From positions 6,880,001 through 6,944,000 of the forward strand of contig OZ242214.1 of NCBI GenBank assembly GCA_965206595.1: DNA of 64,000 bases. The letters run 5' to 3'. The translations under genes were made by a program, and so were the position numbers. The notes beneath the pieces are model-generated. The model did not search any database. It was not told the origin of the DNA and worked only from the letters and a program-made list of their open reading frames with translations. The stretch comes from Candidatus Latescibacterota bacterium. Lineage in GTDB: Bacteria > Latescibacterota > UBA2968 > UBA8231. Shown here piece by piece: positions 10,445 to 20,567 of the stretch. Positions within the stretch are counted from its first letter, which is position 1, and each line of letters opens with the position of its first letter.

Positions 10445-10755
10445 ACAGTCGCCAGTTCTTCGATGTCTTCAGCAAATGGCGGTAATGGTGAATAACTTTT
10501 GTATCCCGGATAGCCCGGATAGCCCGGATAGCCCGGATAGCCCGGATAGCCCGGATAGCCTCTGTTGGGCCGATCACTGAATCGATACAGTCGATCATTT
10601 GGCGTTATTGTGCCAAGGTACTCGCCGTCAGGGTCGAAGATATCCCCGTCATTCCGGGGTATCCAGCCAATCCAGTTGCCTTCGGTGTCAAAGACATACT
10701 TGTCTCGCTTAAAGGCGATCCACTGGCCAGAAGAGCTAAATAGATACTTGGTCAT
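10441..10755 (-). CDS. Small beta-hairpin-repeat protein (4-fold beta-flower-like) with a (GYP)6 tract
   Basis: Repeated 'F-D/S-x-x-G-x-W/Y-I/L-G/A' units followed by GYPGYP...; 4-bp overlap with the HEPN gene. Confidence 0.6.
   Translation of the reverse strand: MTKYLFSSSGQWIAFKRDKYVFDTEGNWIGWIPRNDGDIFDPDGEYLGTITPNDRLYRFSDRPNRGYPGYPGYPGYPGYPGYPGYKSYSPLPPFAEDIEELATV
10505..10558. repeat. Perfect 9-bp tandem repeat (CCCGGATAG)x6
   Basis: Read directly; encodes Gly-Tyr-Pro repeats on the minus strand. Confidence 0.95.
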
Positions 10756-10878
10756 TTTACTAGCCGTCCTGAAGAAGGTGAGGAGTGAGTCAGGTTATTA
10801 AGAGAGAATACTGCGTTGCGACGCTCTTCGCCAGCCGAACATTCCCGGGCATGGGGGAGGGAATTGAGGCCCATCCCC

Positions 10879-13286
10879 TCACTCCGCCGGTATGACGAAA
10901 TAGGGCGTCCGGGTGCGCCAGTCCGGCCAGTGGGTTGCCCTCCCGTCCTCGAAGAACAGCTCGAAGAAAAGCATAAGGTCCCAGGCCGGATCGATGGCAT
11001 CCCCGGGAACCACTGCCCGATACCCCTCTCCTTCGCAACGCATATCGATTGAGTCGAAGTCCAGGGCCTGGTGGGTGATCCGGTAGTGGCAGCGGACTCC
11101 CAGCGGCCTGGGTGATTCGCACCGGATGCGAAGCACCAGGTCGTGCCCCGGAATGGCGCGGGCAGGAGGGACAAAGCCGACCTCCGGGGGCTCGGGATGG
11201 ACGTCTCCCCCGGGAAAGGGGGCGGGGCCGGCAGTCAGGATCTCCTGCCGTTCCGCGATGAGCGCGTCGACGGCGCCGAGGTCGCGCTCGATCACGGCGA
11301 GGTCATCCTTCCAGTGGCCCGCGTGGCCTTTCTCCCGGAACCCGAAGACGAGATCGCCGCTGTAGGCCCCATCGGTCGCTGAAGACAGGGCCGTCCAGTG
11401 GCCGCGTGCCTCTTCCAGGAGTTGCCGGACCGTTGGCAGCCTGCAGACCTCCCCGGCCTGAGGGTGAAAGGCGAGGTGGGCGGCTGCCAGTTGGCGGCAG
11501 GCATGGTACTCGGCCAGGTGGGTGAGCAGGGTGAAATCGAGGAGGGTGTGCCGCAGCTCCGCCTCCCCCTCCCGACCCAGGTCTGACAGCAGGCCGCGCA
11601 CCCGGTCCGCCAGCCGGCGCAGATGATGGGCTACCTGAGGCGGCGTCCATTTGCCGCTGAGCCGGTTGCCCAGGGCGTCTTCCACGTACTCGTCGATGCC
11701 GTAGAACCGGGTCGGGTCGCTGGGTTCGACCTGCGCGTCCTCCTCCAGGCTGCGGCCGGCGAAGCGCTCGGGCCAGAAGGTCCAGAGGCTGGCCGAATGC
11801 TGCAGCACGACGGTGAGCAGGGGCAGTATCTGACCGCCTGTGTGGTACAGCTCCTCCACGGAAGCTGCCGCGGCGCCGAAGCGATGGCGAAGCTCCCGCT
11901 GCCAGACCTCGGGTGAGGCATCCGGGTCGTAGCCGAGGCGGCCGAACAGCAGGTAGAACATCCAGTGGCGCCGGTGCTCCTCGGCGTGAGACCGAAAGGC
12001 GGGGTCGGCGCTGACCGGCCAGGGCGGCTGTTCGTCACGAACTCCCTTGTTGGTCAGAGGCGCCATCACCTCGAAGCCGTCGCCCCCGAAAGTGACGGAG
12101 CTGGCGAACCGCCGCACCCACTCGGGATCGGCCCACAGCAGCAGGCGCTGGCTTCCCGCGCTCCACAGGCGGTGGATCAGCGCAAAGGAGCGGGGCCTGC
12201 GCAGCAGATCCCAGGTTAGCGGCGGTAGTGTTTCCGGTCGAACTGCTGGATGGCCGGCATCGGATAGGGCATGCCCAGGTGCTCGCACCAGTGCTTGGTG
12301 GAGACCACCGTGTCCGGGACGATCTCCCGGGCGAGGCGGATGGTGTCGTCGGTGAGCCCCTTGGCGCGCAGGTCCAGGCGGATGGGCCGGCCGCAGTCTG
12401 CAACGGCGCGGAACTGCGGCTCGTAGTACCCGGCCTGGCGGTCCTCGGAAACGCCGGACTCGTAGTTCATGCGGAACTGGACCCCGTCGATCCGGGGGCA
12501 GCTTGCCAGCAGGCGCGCGAGCCCGGCGGCATTGTACGGCCCCAGGATCTCCGGGGTCAGGCCCTCCACCAGGGACTCCCCGTAGTCGTAGGCGTGCTGG
12601 GACCAGACGCCGAAGGTGAAGTGCAGTCCGCGCTCGCGGGTCCCCTCGGCGATGCGGATCAGCATCTCCAGGTGCCGGGTGCGCTGCTCCGGGGTGAAAC
12701 CGACCGGACGGACCTGGGGAAACCCGGGAACTTCGAGGAGGAAGGGATAGGGCGGGGACAGGTAGGCGATCTGGTGGCCGAAGGTGAGGCTCAGGTTGTT
12801 GTAGCGGCAGCGGGCCAGCCGGCCCAGGTACTCCTCCCAGAACTCGTCGTCGTAGAACCAGGTCTCCTCGAGCCGGCGGTTGCAGAGGAACAGCTGCATG
12901 CTGCGCCAGGCCAGGTGCGGGGACTCGACCGCGGGAGAGATGGGCGCGAAGGCGTCGGCTTCCGGCGGGGCCAGCTCGAGGGCGCGCGCCGCTTCGAGGA
13001 GGGCGTAGATCAGGCCGCGCTCGTCCCTGCCGCAAACGAGGAATCCCCCTGCTTTTAGAGGTTGAAGGACCAGGGATTCAGGTGCGCCGGGACACCGCAC
13101 CCCGGAGCGGGCAAGGGCATCCTCTACTGCGGGGGACCGGCCTGCCAGGCCGATGATGAACCCGGGATCCGGCTGGGCCGCCGCGGCGGTCTCGACGGAT
13201 TCTCCCCGCCTGCGGAGGGCGCGCCTCAGCTCGTCCAGGGCCCAGCGGGCCGCCGGGGGGAGCTCGGTATCGACAACGAGATTCAT
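10879..13286 (-). pseudogene. Large glycoside-hydrolase-like protein (GH67/GH115/GH20-like N-terminal domain), frameshifted at about 12218
   Basis: 'PESLVL...VCGRDERGLIYALLE' N-domain; ORF 12216..13286 ends at 'HYRR*' and coding continues as 'TWDLLRRPRSFALIHRLW...' in the 10879 frame. Confidence 0.6.
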
Positions 13287-13316
13287 GCCTTTCGGCTTCC
13301 GCCCGGCTCGCCCATC

Positions 13317-14468
13317 TCACCGCCACAGGGCGTTTTCGTCCAGCAGCGCACAGAAGCGGGCGAAAGGCACAACCTCAATGCCGTCGGCTGTCTGCATTGA
13401 CGGCCCGCCGGGATAGACGACCAGTCTCCGGCGCAAGCCCTTCAGGCCTGCGACCGCCCGCAAGCCCTTGCACCAGGTTTCCGCGAAAGTCCTTCCCGCC
13501 TTCACCTCAACGGCGACAAACTCTCCCTGGCGCTTGAGCAGGAAATCCACTTCGATTCCGCTCGGCCCGGCACTGGCCCAGTAGAAAAACTCCTCGCACA
13601 CCCCGCGATAATCCCTGTAAGCCCGGATGAGCTGGGCGACCAACCCTTCGAAGAGGTGGCCGCGCTCTTCCGGGGTGAGTGGACCGGCCGACCGCTTGAG
13701 GGTGCGCACGATCCCGGGGTCGCACCAGTACCACTTGGGCAAGGTGCGCTCGCGCACCCGCAGCCTGGCCTGGTAGGCCGGCAGCTGGAAGCAGAGGAGG
13801 GTTTCCTCCAGGATTTCCAGGTAGCCGGTCACCGTGGTGCGAGCCACCCCGGCCTCGCGGGCGATGTTGGTCGCATTGATCGACTGGCCGTGGAACAGGG
13901 CGGCAATGGGCAGAAAGCGCGCAAACCCGGACAGGTTGCGCACGAGACCTTCGGCCTGGATTTCTTCGCGGAGATACATCTGGGCGTAGGCGGCCAAGGT
14001 CTCGTCTCTGGCCTCGGAAGCCCAGACAATGGGCAGCAGGCCATAACGCATGGCCTGCTCGAGGTCGAAGGCGTCAGCCAGTTCCGACGGGACAAAGGGG
14101 TGCATGGCGCGATGCAGGGCGCGCCCCGCAAGCAGGTTGACGCCCGCCCGCTTGAGCTTGCGGGCACTCGACCCGCACAGAACGAAGCGCAGGCCTCGTT
14201 CCTCGATGAAGCGATGGACCTCGTTGAGCAGGCCGGGCAGCCGCTGTATTTCGTCCAACACTACCCAGCGGCCGCTGTCGACGGCTCTGAGTTCGGCGGC
14301 GAGGAGCCCGGGATGAGCCAGCAGGCGCTGGTAGGTCTCCTCGCTGAGCAGGTCGATCACGTGAGCGTCGGGAAAGGCCGAGCGCAGCCAGGTGCTCTTG
14401 CCGACACCGCGAGGCCCCAACAGGAAGAAGCTCTGCCGGGGTGCCTGAAGGATACGGGGAAGTATCAA
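13317..14468 (-). CDS. AAA_14 ATPase with C-terminal DUF4143 (PD-(D/E)xK-like) domain
   Basis: 'GPRGVGKST', 'LDEIQR', 'GSS', 'LAGRA', 'PKWYWCDPG', 'EVDF...VEVK'. Confidence 0.9.
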   Translation of the reverse strand: MILPRILQAPRQSFFLLGPRGVGKSTWLRSAFPDAHVIDLLSEETYQRLLAHPGLLAAELRAVDSGRWVVLDEIQRLPGLLNEVHRFIEERGLRFVLCGSSARKLKRAGVNLLAGRALHRAMHPFVPSELADAFDLEQAMRYGLLPIVWASEARDETLAAYAQMYLREEIQAEGLVRNLSGFARFLPIAALFHGQSINATNIAREAGVARTTVTGYLEILEETLLCFQLPAYQARLRVRERTLPKWYWCDPGIVRTLKRSAGPLTPEERGHLFEGLVAQLIRAYRDYRGVCEEFFYWASAGPSGIEVDFLLKRQGEFVAVEVKAGRTFAETWCKGLRAVAGLKGLRRRLVVYPGGPSMQTADGIEVVPFARFCALLDENALWR

Positions 14469-14477
14469 TTGTCTACC

Positions 14478-14510
14478 TTGTCGTCATTTTTCGCGATAAA
14501 CTGACGACAA
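14478..14510. promoter_or_regulatory. 33-bp imperfect palindrome upstream of the DUF4143 ATPase (candidate operator)
   Basis: TTGTCGTCA-tttt-TCGCGA-taaac-TGACGACAA, 9 bp before the TTG start, in the divergent region shared with res. Confidence 0.55.
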
Positions 14511-14754
14511 CATAGGCAATCGGGGCGAGCGGTCAAATTCCGGTCCAGTGCCTCACTTCGCCGTGGTCCCGGAGGTTCCCTGCTGCGCGCCCGGCGTCGG
14601 ATGGCCCTGGCCAGGTCCGGGACCGCCGGGTGGTCGTGGATTTCATGGTATATTCTGACTGTATCCGGAACCCAAATGGCGCAACCGATACCCCCGAGCC
14701 TCCCAATCCGCCAACCCCCTGGCCACCGTGGACCACCTGCAGGGACCTGCCACC

Positions 14755-17700
14755 TTGACTGACCCTTTCTTCGAGCGCCCCGTCCTCAACTCCCCCTACG
14801 AGCGCCCGGACAGGCACTGGGAGCTGGACGAGACCGGGCAGCCGACCCAGAAAACCATCGAAAACCGCCGCCAGGCGGAGTTCATCACGCCGATCCCGAA
14901 GCCCCGGAAGCGCAAGGGCTCGGCGCAACAGGCGGCGATGGTATTCGACGAAAGGGCGCAGAAGCTCGGGACCGATGGCCAGCAGTACGACCTGACCGCC
15001 ATCATCAACGGGGTCCGCCAGCAGGTCGACCGCTGGCGCGAGCTGCCGGACCCGGCCCAGTGGCAGGTGACCCCGGAGACGGCCCGCCTGCTCCGGCACT
15101 GGCGGCACCACCACTTCAGCGGCATCCGCCCCTTCTTCTGCCAGCTCGAAGCCGCGGAGACCGCCATCTGGCTCACCGAGGTGGCGCCCGGCACGCGAGC
15201 CGGCCGGGACTTCCTCAACCACTTGGCCAACGCCAACGACGACGCCAACCCGGAGCTGCCGCGGCTGGCTCTCAAGCTGGCGACCGGGGCCGGCAAGACC
15301 ACGGTCATGGCGATACTGATCGCCTGGCAGACCGTCAACGCGGTGCGCCGGCCCCAGAGCAGCCGCTTCACGCGCGGCTTCCTCGTCGTCACCCCCGGCA
15401 TCACCATCAAGGACCGCCTGCGCGTGCTGCAGCCGAACGACCCGGACAGCTACTACCAGAGCCGGGAGCTGGTTCCCAACGACATGCTGCCCGACCTGGA
15501 GAAGGCGAAGATCGTCATCACCAACTACCACGCCTTCAAGCTGCGCGAGCGCATGGAGCTTTCCAAGGGGGGCCGTTCCCTGCTCCAGGGACGGGGCGAG
15601 TCGCTGGCGACCCTCGAGACCGAGGGGCAGATGCTGCAGCGGGTCATGCCGGAGCTCATGGGCCTGAAGAACCTCCTCGTCCTCAACGACGAGGCCCACC
15701 ACTGCTACCGCGAAAAGCCGGGAGAGGTGGAAGAGGAGGCGCTGAAGGGGGACGACAGGAAGGAGGCCGAGAAGAACACGGAGGCCGCCCGCCTGTGGAT
15801 TTCGGGGCTGGAAACCGTCGGCAAAAAGCTCGGCATCAACCGGGTATTCGACCTCTCGGCGACCCCCTTCTTTCTGCGCGGGTCGGGATACGCCGAAGGC
15901 ACCCTGTTCCCGTGGACGATGTGCGACTTCTCGCTCATGGATGCCATCGAGTGCGGCATCGTCAAGCTGCCCCGCGTGCCGGTGGCCGACAACATCCCCG
16001 GCGGCGACATGCCGAAGTTCCGCAACCTGTGGGAGCATATCCGCGAGGACATGCCGAAGAAGGGGCGGGGCAAGGCCAGCCACCTCGATCCCCTGAGCCT
16101 GCCGGTCGAGCTGCAGACCGCGCTGGAGGCGTTGTACGGGCACTACCGGAAAACCTTCGAGATGATGCAGGAGGCGAGCATTTCCGTGCCCCCCTGCTTC
16201 ATCGTCGTCTGCAACAACACCTCGACCTCCAAGCTGGTCTACGACTACATCTCCGGCTTCCACCGCGAGAACGAGAACGGCTCGGCGACGCTTGAGAACG
16301 GGCGCCTCGAGCTGTTCCGCAACTTCGACGACGACGGCACCCGGTTCCCGCGGCCCCGCACCCTCCTGATCGACAGCGAACAGCTCGAGTCCGGGGAAGC
16401 GCTGGACAGGAACTTCCGCGACATGGCCGCCGGCGAGATCGAGCGCTTTCGCCGCGAGATCGTCGAGCGCACCGGCGACCGCCGCCAGGCCGAGAAGATC
16501 ACCGACCAGGACCTCCTGCGGGAGGTCATGAACACCGTCGGCAAGGAGGGCCGGCTCGGGGACTCGATCCGCTGCGTGGTGTCGGTGTCGATGCTGACCG
16601 AAGGGTGGGACGCCAACACCGTCAGCCACGTGCTCGGGGTCCGCGCCTTCGGAACCCAGCTGCTCTGCGAGCAGGTGGTCGGCCGCGCCCTGCGGCGGCA
16701 GTCCTACGACCTCAACGAGGAAGGCCTGTTCGACGTCGAGTACGCCGACGTCCTCGGGATACCGTTCGACTTTACCGCCAAACCGGTCGTGGCCCCGGCC
16801 AAGCCGCCGCGGGAGACCGTCCAGGTGCGGGCCGTGCGCCCGGAAAGGGACGCGCTGGAGATTCGCTTCCCGCGGGTGGCCGGGTACCGGGTGGAGCTGC
16901 CGGAAGAGCGGCTCGCGGCGGAGTTCAACGACGACTCCGTCCTCGACCTCACTCCCGACCTGGTCGGTCCCTCGATCACGAGAAACCAGGGGATCATCGG
17001 CGAGGGGGTCGACCTCGACCTCGTTCACACCAACGGCCTGCGCACCTCGACCCTCCTGTTTCACCTGACCCAGCGCCTGCTCTACACCAAATACCGCGAC
17101 CCGGGCGAGGAGCCGAAGCTCCATCTCTTCGGGCAGCTCAAGCGGATCACCAGGCAGTGGCTCGACGGCTACCTCGTCTGCAAGGGGAGAACCTATCCCG
17201 CCCAGCTCATGTACCAGGAGCTGGCCGACCTGGTTTGCGAGCGCATCGCCGCGGCCATCACCCGGGAGGGAATCGACAGCCGCCCGGTGAAGGCCGTGCT
17301 CGATCCGTACAATCCCGTCGGTTCGACCGCCCACGTAAATTTCAACACCACCAGGACCAACCGGTACGAGACCGATTCCCGCCGCTGCCACGTCAACTGG
17401 GTCGTCCTCGACAGCGACTGGGAAGCGGAGTTCTGCCGCGTCGCCGAGTCCCATCCGCAGGTCAGGGCCTACGTCAAGAACCACAACCTCGGCCTGGAGG
17501 TCCCCTACCGTTCCGGCTCGGAAACGCGGACGTACCTCCCGGACTTCATCGTTCTCGTCGACGATGGCCGCGGCGAGGAGGATCTCCTGCACCTCATCGT
17601 CGAGATCAAGGGGTACCGGGGGGAAGACGCCAAGGACAAGAAGACGGCCATGGACACCTACTGGGTTCCCGGGGTGAACAACCACGAGGACTACGGGCGC

Positions 17701-17823
17701 TGGGCCTTTGCCGAGTTCACCGATGTTTTCGAGGTGGAATCCGCGTTCAACGAGATGATCGAGCCGCAGGCCGTTGGAGACGCTTCGACGAATCCTGGCA
17801 GCAAGGGGTTTCACGAACCATGA
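14755..17823 (+). CDS. res: Type III-like restriction endonuclease Res subunit (BPTD_3080 family)
   Basis: 'PFFERPVLNSPY', 'KLATGAGKT', 'NDEAHH', 'SATP', 'MLTEGWD', nuclease 'YLPDFIV...VEIKG'; TTG start after AGGGA (ORF track starts 14728). Confidence 0.9.
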   Translation: MTDPFFERPVLNSPYERPDRHWELDETGQPTQKTIENRRQAEFITPIPKPRKRKGSAQQAAMVFDERAQKLGTDGQQYDLTAIINGVRQQVDRWRELPDPAQWQVTPETARLLRHWRHHHFSGIRPFFCQLEAAETAIWLTEVAPGTRAGRDFLNHLANANDDANPELPRLALKLATGAGKTTVMAILIAWQTVNAVRRPQSSRFTRGFLVVTPGITIKDRLRVLQPNDPDSYYQSRELVPNDMLPDLEKAKIVITNYHAFKLRERMELSKGGRSLLQGRGESLATLETEGQMLQRVMPELMGLKNLLVLNDEAHHCYREKPGEVEEEALKGDDRKEAEKNTEAARLWISGLETVGKKLGINRVFDLSATPFFLRGSGYAEGTLFPWTMCDFSLMDAIECGIVKLPRVPVADNIPGGDMPKFRNLWEHIREDMPKKGRGKASHLDPLSLPVELQTALEALYGHYRKTFEMMQEASISVPPCFIVVCNNTSTSKLVYDYISGFHRENENGSATLENGRLELFRNFDDDGTRFPRPRTLLIDSEQLESGEALDRNFRDMAAGEIERFRREIVERTGDRRQAEKITDQDLLREVMNTVGKEGRLGDSIRCVVSVSMLTEGWDANTVSHVLGVRAFGTQLLCEQVVGRALRRQSYDLNEEGLFDVEYADVLGIPFDFTAKPVVAPAKPPRETVQVRAVRPERDALEIRFPRVAGYRVELPEERLAAEFNDDSVLDLTPDLVGPSITRNQGIIGEGVDLDLVHTNGLRTSTLLFHLTQRLLYTKYRDPGEEPKLHLFGQLKRITRQWLDGYLVCKGRTYPAQLMYQELADLVCERIAAAITREGIDSRPVKAVLDPYNPVGSTAHVNFNTTRTNRYETDSRRCHVNWVVLDSDWEAEFCRVAESHPQVRAYVKNHNLGLEVPYRSGSETRTYLPDFIVLVDDGRGEEDLLHLIVEIKGYRGEDAKDKKTAMDTYWVPGVNNHEDYGRWAFAEFTDVFEVESAFNEMIEPQAVGDASTNPGSKGFHEP

Positions 17824-18986
17824 CCAGCCGACGATTGCAGATAACATTGCAACCAGACGTGTTGCGTTGGGCGCGGGAGCGGGCAGGCATTGACCCTTCG
17901 GAACTGGCGCGCAAGCTGAACGTAAGCGCGGAGCGAGTGGTGGAGTGGGAACGCGACGGCAGGATCAGTGTTGCCCAGGCAGACAGGCTTGCCCAACGCA
18001 CTCACACCGCCCTGGGGTTCCTGTATTTGACAGAGCCGCCGAGAGACCGCCTGCCAATACCGGACTTTCGTACCCGAGACCATCTACCGCCTCCCAGTTC
18101 CGATCTGCTGGACACCGTTTACCATATGCAGCGCCGCCAGGCATGGATGAGGGATGAGCTCATAGAAGCCGGCGTAGAACCGCTGAATTTTATCGGAGCC
18201 TACAGCACGGGGGCCGATCCTCGGACAGTTGGGCTTGCCATGCGCGATGTCCTGAACCTTACCGGAAATTGGGCAGAAGAGGTGGACAGCTGGAGCGAGG
18301 CCCTCCGACATCTGCGGAATCGGACAGACGCCGCCGGAGTGCTGGTATTTTTCAATGGGATAGTTGGCAACAACTCCCACCGAAGCCTGAATCCCGACGA
18401 GTTCCAGGGCTTCGCCATCGCCGATGAGTATGCCCCACTGGTTTTCGTGAATAGCACCGATTTTCTGGCGGCACAGATGTTTACCCTGGCTCACGAACTA
18501 GCTCACCTCTTCATAGCCGAAAGCGGTGTCTCCTGTTTCGAAGACCTGCAACCGCCCTCGGACAAAGTCGAGCGGTTCTGCAACAAGGCCGCCGCGGAGT
18601 TCCTGGTGCCGGAGGAAGAACTACTCGTTTTCTGGGAGAGTATCGGAAGAACAGGTGACCCTTTTCAGGCCACCGCCCGCAGGTTCAAGGTGAGTTCTCT
18701 CGTTGCCGCCCGCCGGGCACTCGATCTCGATTTGATCGACAGCAGAACCTTTTTCCGATTCTACCAAAACAGGATCGATGAATTGCGCCGCCAGCAGCAG
18801 CGTCAGGGTAGTGGGGGCAACTTCTGGAATACTCAGAAGTGGCGTATCGGCCCGCGCTTTGCCACCGCCATCTTTCGTGCAGTCAGGGAAGGCCGTTTGC
18901 TCTATCGCGAGGCATACAATCTCACTGGCCTGAAAGGAAAAGCCTTTGACAGCATGCCGGAAAAGATGGAAATGTCGCAGGGATGA
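17820..18986 (+). CDS. XRE HTH + ImmA/IrrE Zn metallopeptidase
   Basis: N-terminal HTH 'LRWARERAG...LARKL', HExxH 'AHELAH', 'ERFCNKAAAEFLVP'; ATG overlaps res stop. Confidence 0.9.
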   Translation: MTSRRLQITLQPDVLRWARERAGIDPSELARKLNVSAERVVEWERDGRISVAQADRLAQRTHTALGFLYLTEPPRDRLPIPDFRTRDHLPPPSSDLLDTVYHMQRRQAWMRDELIEAGVEPLNFIGAYSTGADPRTVGLAMRDVLNLTGNWAEEVDSWSEALRHLRNRTDAAGVLVFFNGIVGNNSHRSLNPDEFQGFAIADEYAPLVFVNSTDFLAAQMFTLAHELAHLFIAESGVSCFEDLQPPSDKVERFCNKAAAEFLVPEEELLVFWESIGRTGDPFQATARRFKVSSLVAARRALDLDLIDSRTFFRFYQNRIDELRRQQQRQGSGGNFWNTQKWRIGPRFATAIFRAVREGRLLYREAYNLTGLKGKAFDSMPEKMEMSQG

Positions 18987-19534
18987 ATCAGGACCATCCC
19001 TTCTTCGTGCTCGATGCGAATATTTCCATAGAGGCGCATCGCCGCTATTACGCGCAAGATCTTTGCCCGGGATTCTGGGATTGTCTGACTCATTTTTCCA
19101 TTGAACGACGAATTCTCAGCATCGATCGAGTGCGTGACGAACTGTTCGTCAGCCAGGATCGGCTGGTTGAGTGGGTGAAGGAGTCACAGGAGGATCTTTT
19201 CGAATCAACGGCAGATGAATCGGTAATAGATGCCTTTTCGGAAATGATGAACTGGGTTCAGGGAAACAATCAGTTCCGACCTGAAGCAAAAGAGCAATTC
19301 GCTGGAGCTGCCGATGGATGGGTCGCCGCTTACGCAAAAGTCCATGACGCAGTTGTTGTCACCCATGAAGCGTTTAACACGCAGGTGAGGAGAAAGGTGC
19401 CTTTGCCCAACGTCTGTGATCAGTTCGACGTTGACTACCGCGATACATTTGCGATGCTCCGCGAGCTCGAGGTGCGTTTTGAGTGGACCCCGCAGGTTTC
19501 ACCTGGACAGAATCTGGGGGAACCCGATCAATGA
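18983..19534 (+). CDS. DUF4411 family PIN-like protein
   Basis: 'LDANISIEAHRRYYA.D.CPGFW', 'ADGWVAAYA', 'VVTHE', 'KVPLPNVC'. Confidence 0.85.
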   Translation: MNQDHPFFVLDANISIEAHRRYYAQDLCPGFWDCLTHFSIERRILSIDRVRDELFVSQDRLVEWVKESQEDLFESTADESVIDAFSEMMNWVQGNNQFRPEAKEQFAGAADGWVAAYAKVHDAVVVTHEAFNTQVRRKVPLPNVCDQFDVDYRDTFAMLRELEVRFEWTPQVSPGQNLGEPDQ

Positions 19535-19821
19535 ACAGAGATGAAGTGCTGAAGGTTCTCAAAACGCACAAGGCGACCCTTGCGCAACGCTTCGGTGTAA
19601 CGGATCTCGCCCTGTTCGGGTCAATCGTCCGCGACCAGGCAACGGACGACAGCGACGTGGACATCCTGGTGAAGTTCGACTCGCCAGCAACATCAAAGCG
19701 GTATTTTGGTGTTCAGTTCTACATTGAAGACCTGCTGGGGCGCCCGGTTGGCCTGGTAACTGACAAAGCACTGCGGGCGGAGATGCGCCCATTTATCGAG
19801 CGCGAGATGGTCAATGTCTGA
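19531..19821 (+). CDS. mntA: MNT/MntA nucleotidyltransferase antitoxin (copy 1)
   Basis: 'LFGSIVRDQATDDSDVDILV' GS...DxD motif. Confidence 0.9.
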   Translation: MNRDEVLKVLKTHKATLAQRFGVTDLALFGSIVRDQATDDSDVDILVKFDSPATSKRYFGVQFYIEDLLGRPVGLVTDKALRAEMRPFIEREMVNV

Positions 19822-19922
19822 CCCCCCCCGAAGAAACGCGTACCTGGCGGCTTTATATCCAGGACATGAATTCAGCAAAATTGCGAAACCTGCTGAAAAC
19901 GACCAATGCAGCCTCCGAGTAA
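19814..19922 (+). pseudogene. hepT: HepT/DUF86 toxin remnant with a large internal deletion
   Basis: Retains 5' part ('ETRTWRLYIQDM') and 3' part ('KLRNLLKTTNAASE*') matching the ends of 22947..23318; catalytic middle absent. Confidence 0.8.
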
Positions 19923-19934
19923 AACGAGGAAGCC

Positions 19935-20096
19935 ATGCAACTGAAAGTCGTGATCCATCAAGCGGCGGAAGGCGGGTATTGGGCGGAAGTACCCTCTATC
20001 CCCGGATGTGCAACCCAAGGGGAGACCTTTGAAGAGTTACTGACCAACCTGTACGAAGCAATCGAAGGTTGCCTGTCCGTCTTCAGAGACACTTGA
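19935..20096 (+). CDS. hicB: HicB-family antitoxin (copy 1, 53 aa, possibly 3'-truncated)
   Basis: 'MQLKVVIHQAAEGGYWAEVPSIPGCATQGETFEELL.NLYEAIEGCL'; GAGG RBS; not in the ORF track. Confidence 0.85.
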   Translation: MQLKVVIHQAAEGGYWAEVPSIPGCATQGETFEELLTNLYEAIEGCLSVFRDT

Positions 20097-20169
20097 TGAA
20101 ATTGGCGAGTATCGATGAATCCGACCTGTAACCGAACCAGTTTGTGATACGGTAGAAAGACTGCAATCA

Positions 20170-20434
20170 ATGGCGAAACGAAAATCAACCAAGAGCGTCG
20201 AAAAGTCTCCGGCACCAGGACGCATCGCGGAAGAACATCCCCACGGCCGAGTATCAGGCGGTGATGGCGGAGGATGACCGCAATCCGATCGAGGTCGCGT
20301 ACGAGCGGCGCAACCCGGACCTCGACCCGCAGCTTGTCTGGCGCGGCAAGGACGAGCAGGACTGGTCGGACCTGGTGGTGGAGGCGCCGCCGCTGTTCAT
20401 CCAGGAGAAGGTCCAACCAAAGGTGCTGATCGAC
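20170..20434 (+). pseudogene. Duplicated 5' fragment of mod (about 88 codons, +1 A frameshift near 20200)
   Basis: Closely similar to 23319..23584 (MAKRKSTK...QPKVLID). Confidence 0.9.
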
Positions 20435-20435
20435 G

Positions 20436-20567
20436 AAGAAGCCAGAATCCGAGGCTGAGGAAACCAGTCGGTTCGAAACCCTTGAGGGTGCTCTGGCCTG
20501 CTTGATGGAAGATTTCCATTTGACCGGACTCGACGTCCAAAACGACTATCAAATGAGGATGCTGTGA
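20436..20567 (+). pseudogene. 3' remnant of the gene normally upstream of DUF1828
   Basis: Open frame 'KKPESEAEETSRFETLEGALACLMEDFHLTGL...ML*' ending in a TGATG overlap with the DUF1828 start; begins exactly where mod similarity stops. Confidence 0.55.

Noticed and set aside
14533-17847. 1104-aa minus-strand ORF (likewise 48579..52298, 40678..42720, 869..1852 and other long overlapping ORFs)
   Set aside because: Antisense or alternate-frame shadows of well-supported genes in high-GC DNA; no motifs of their own.
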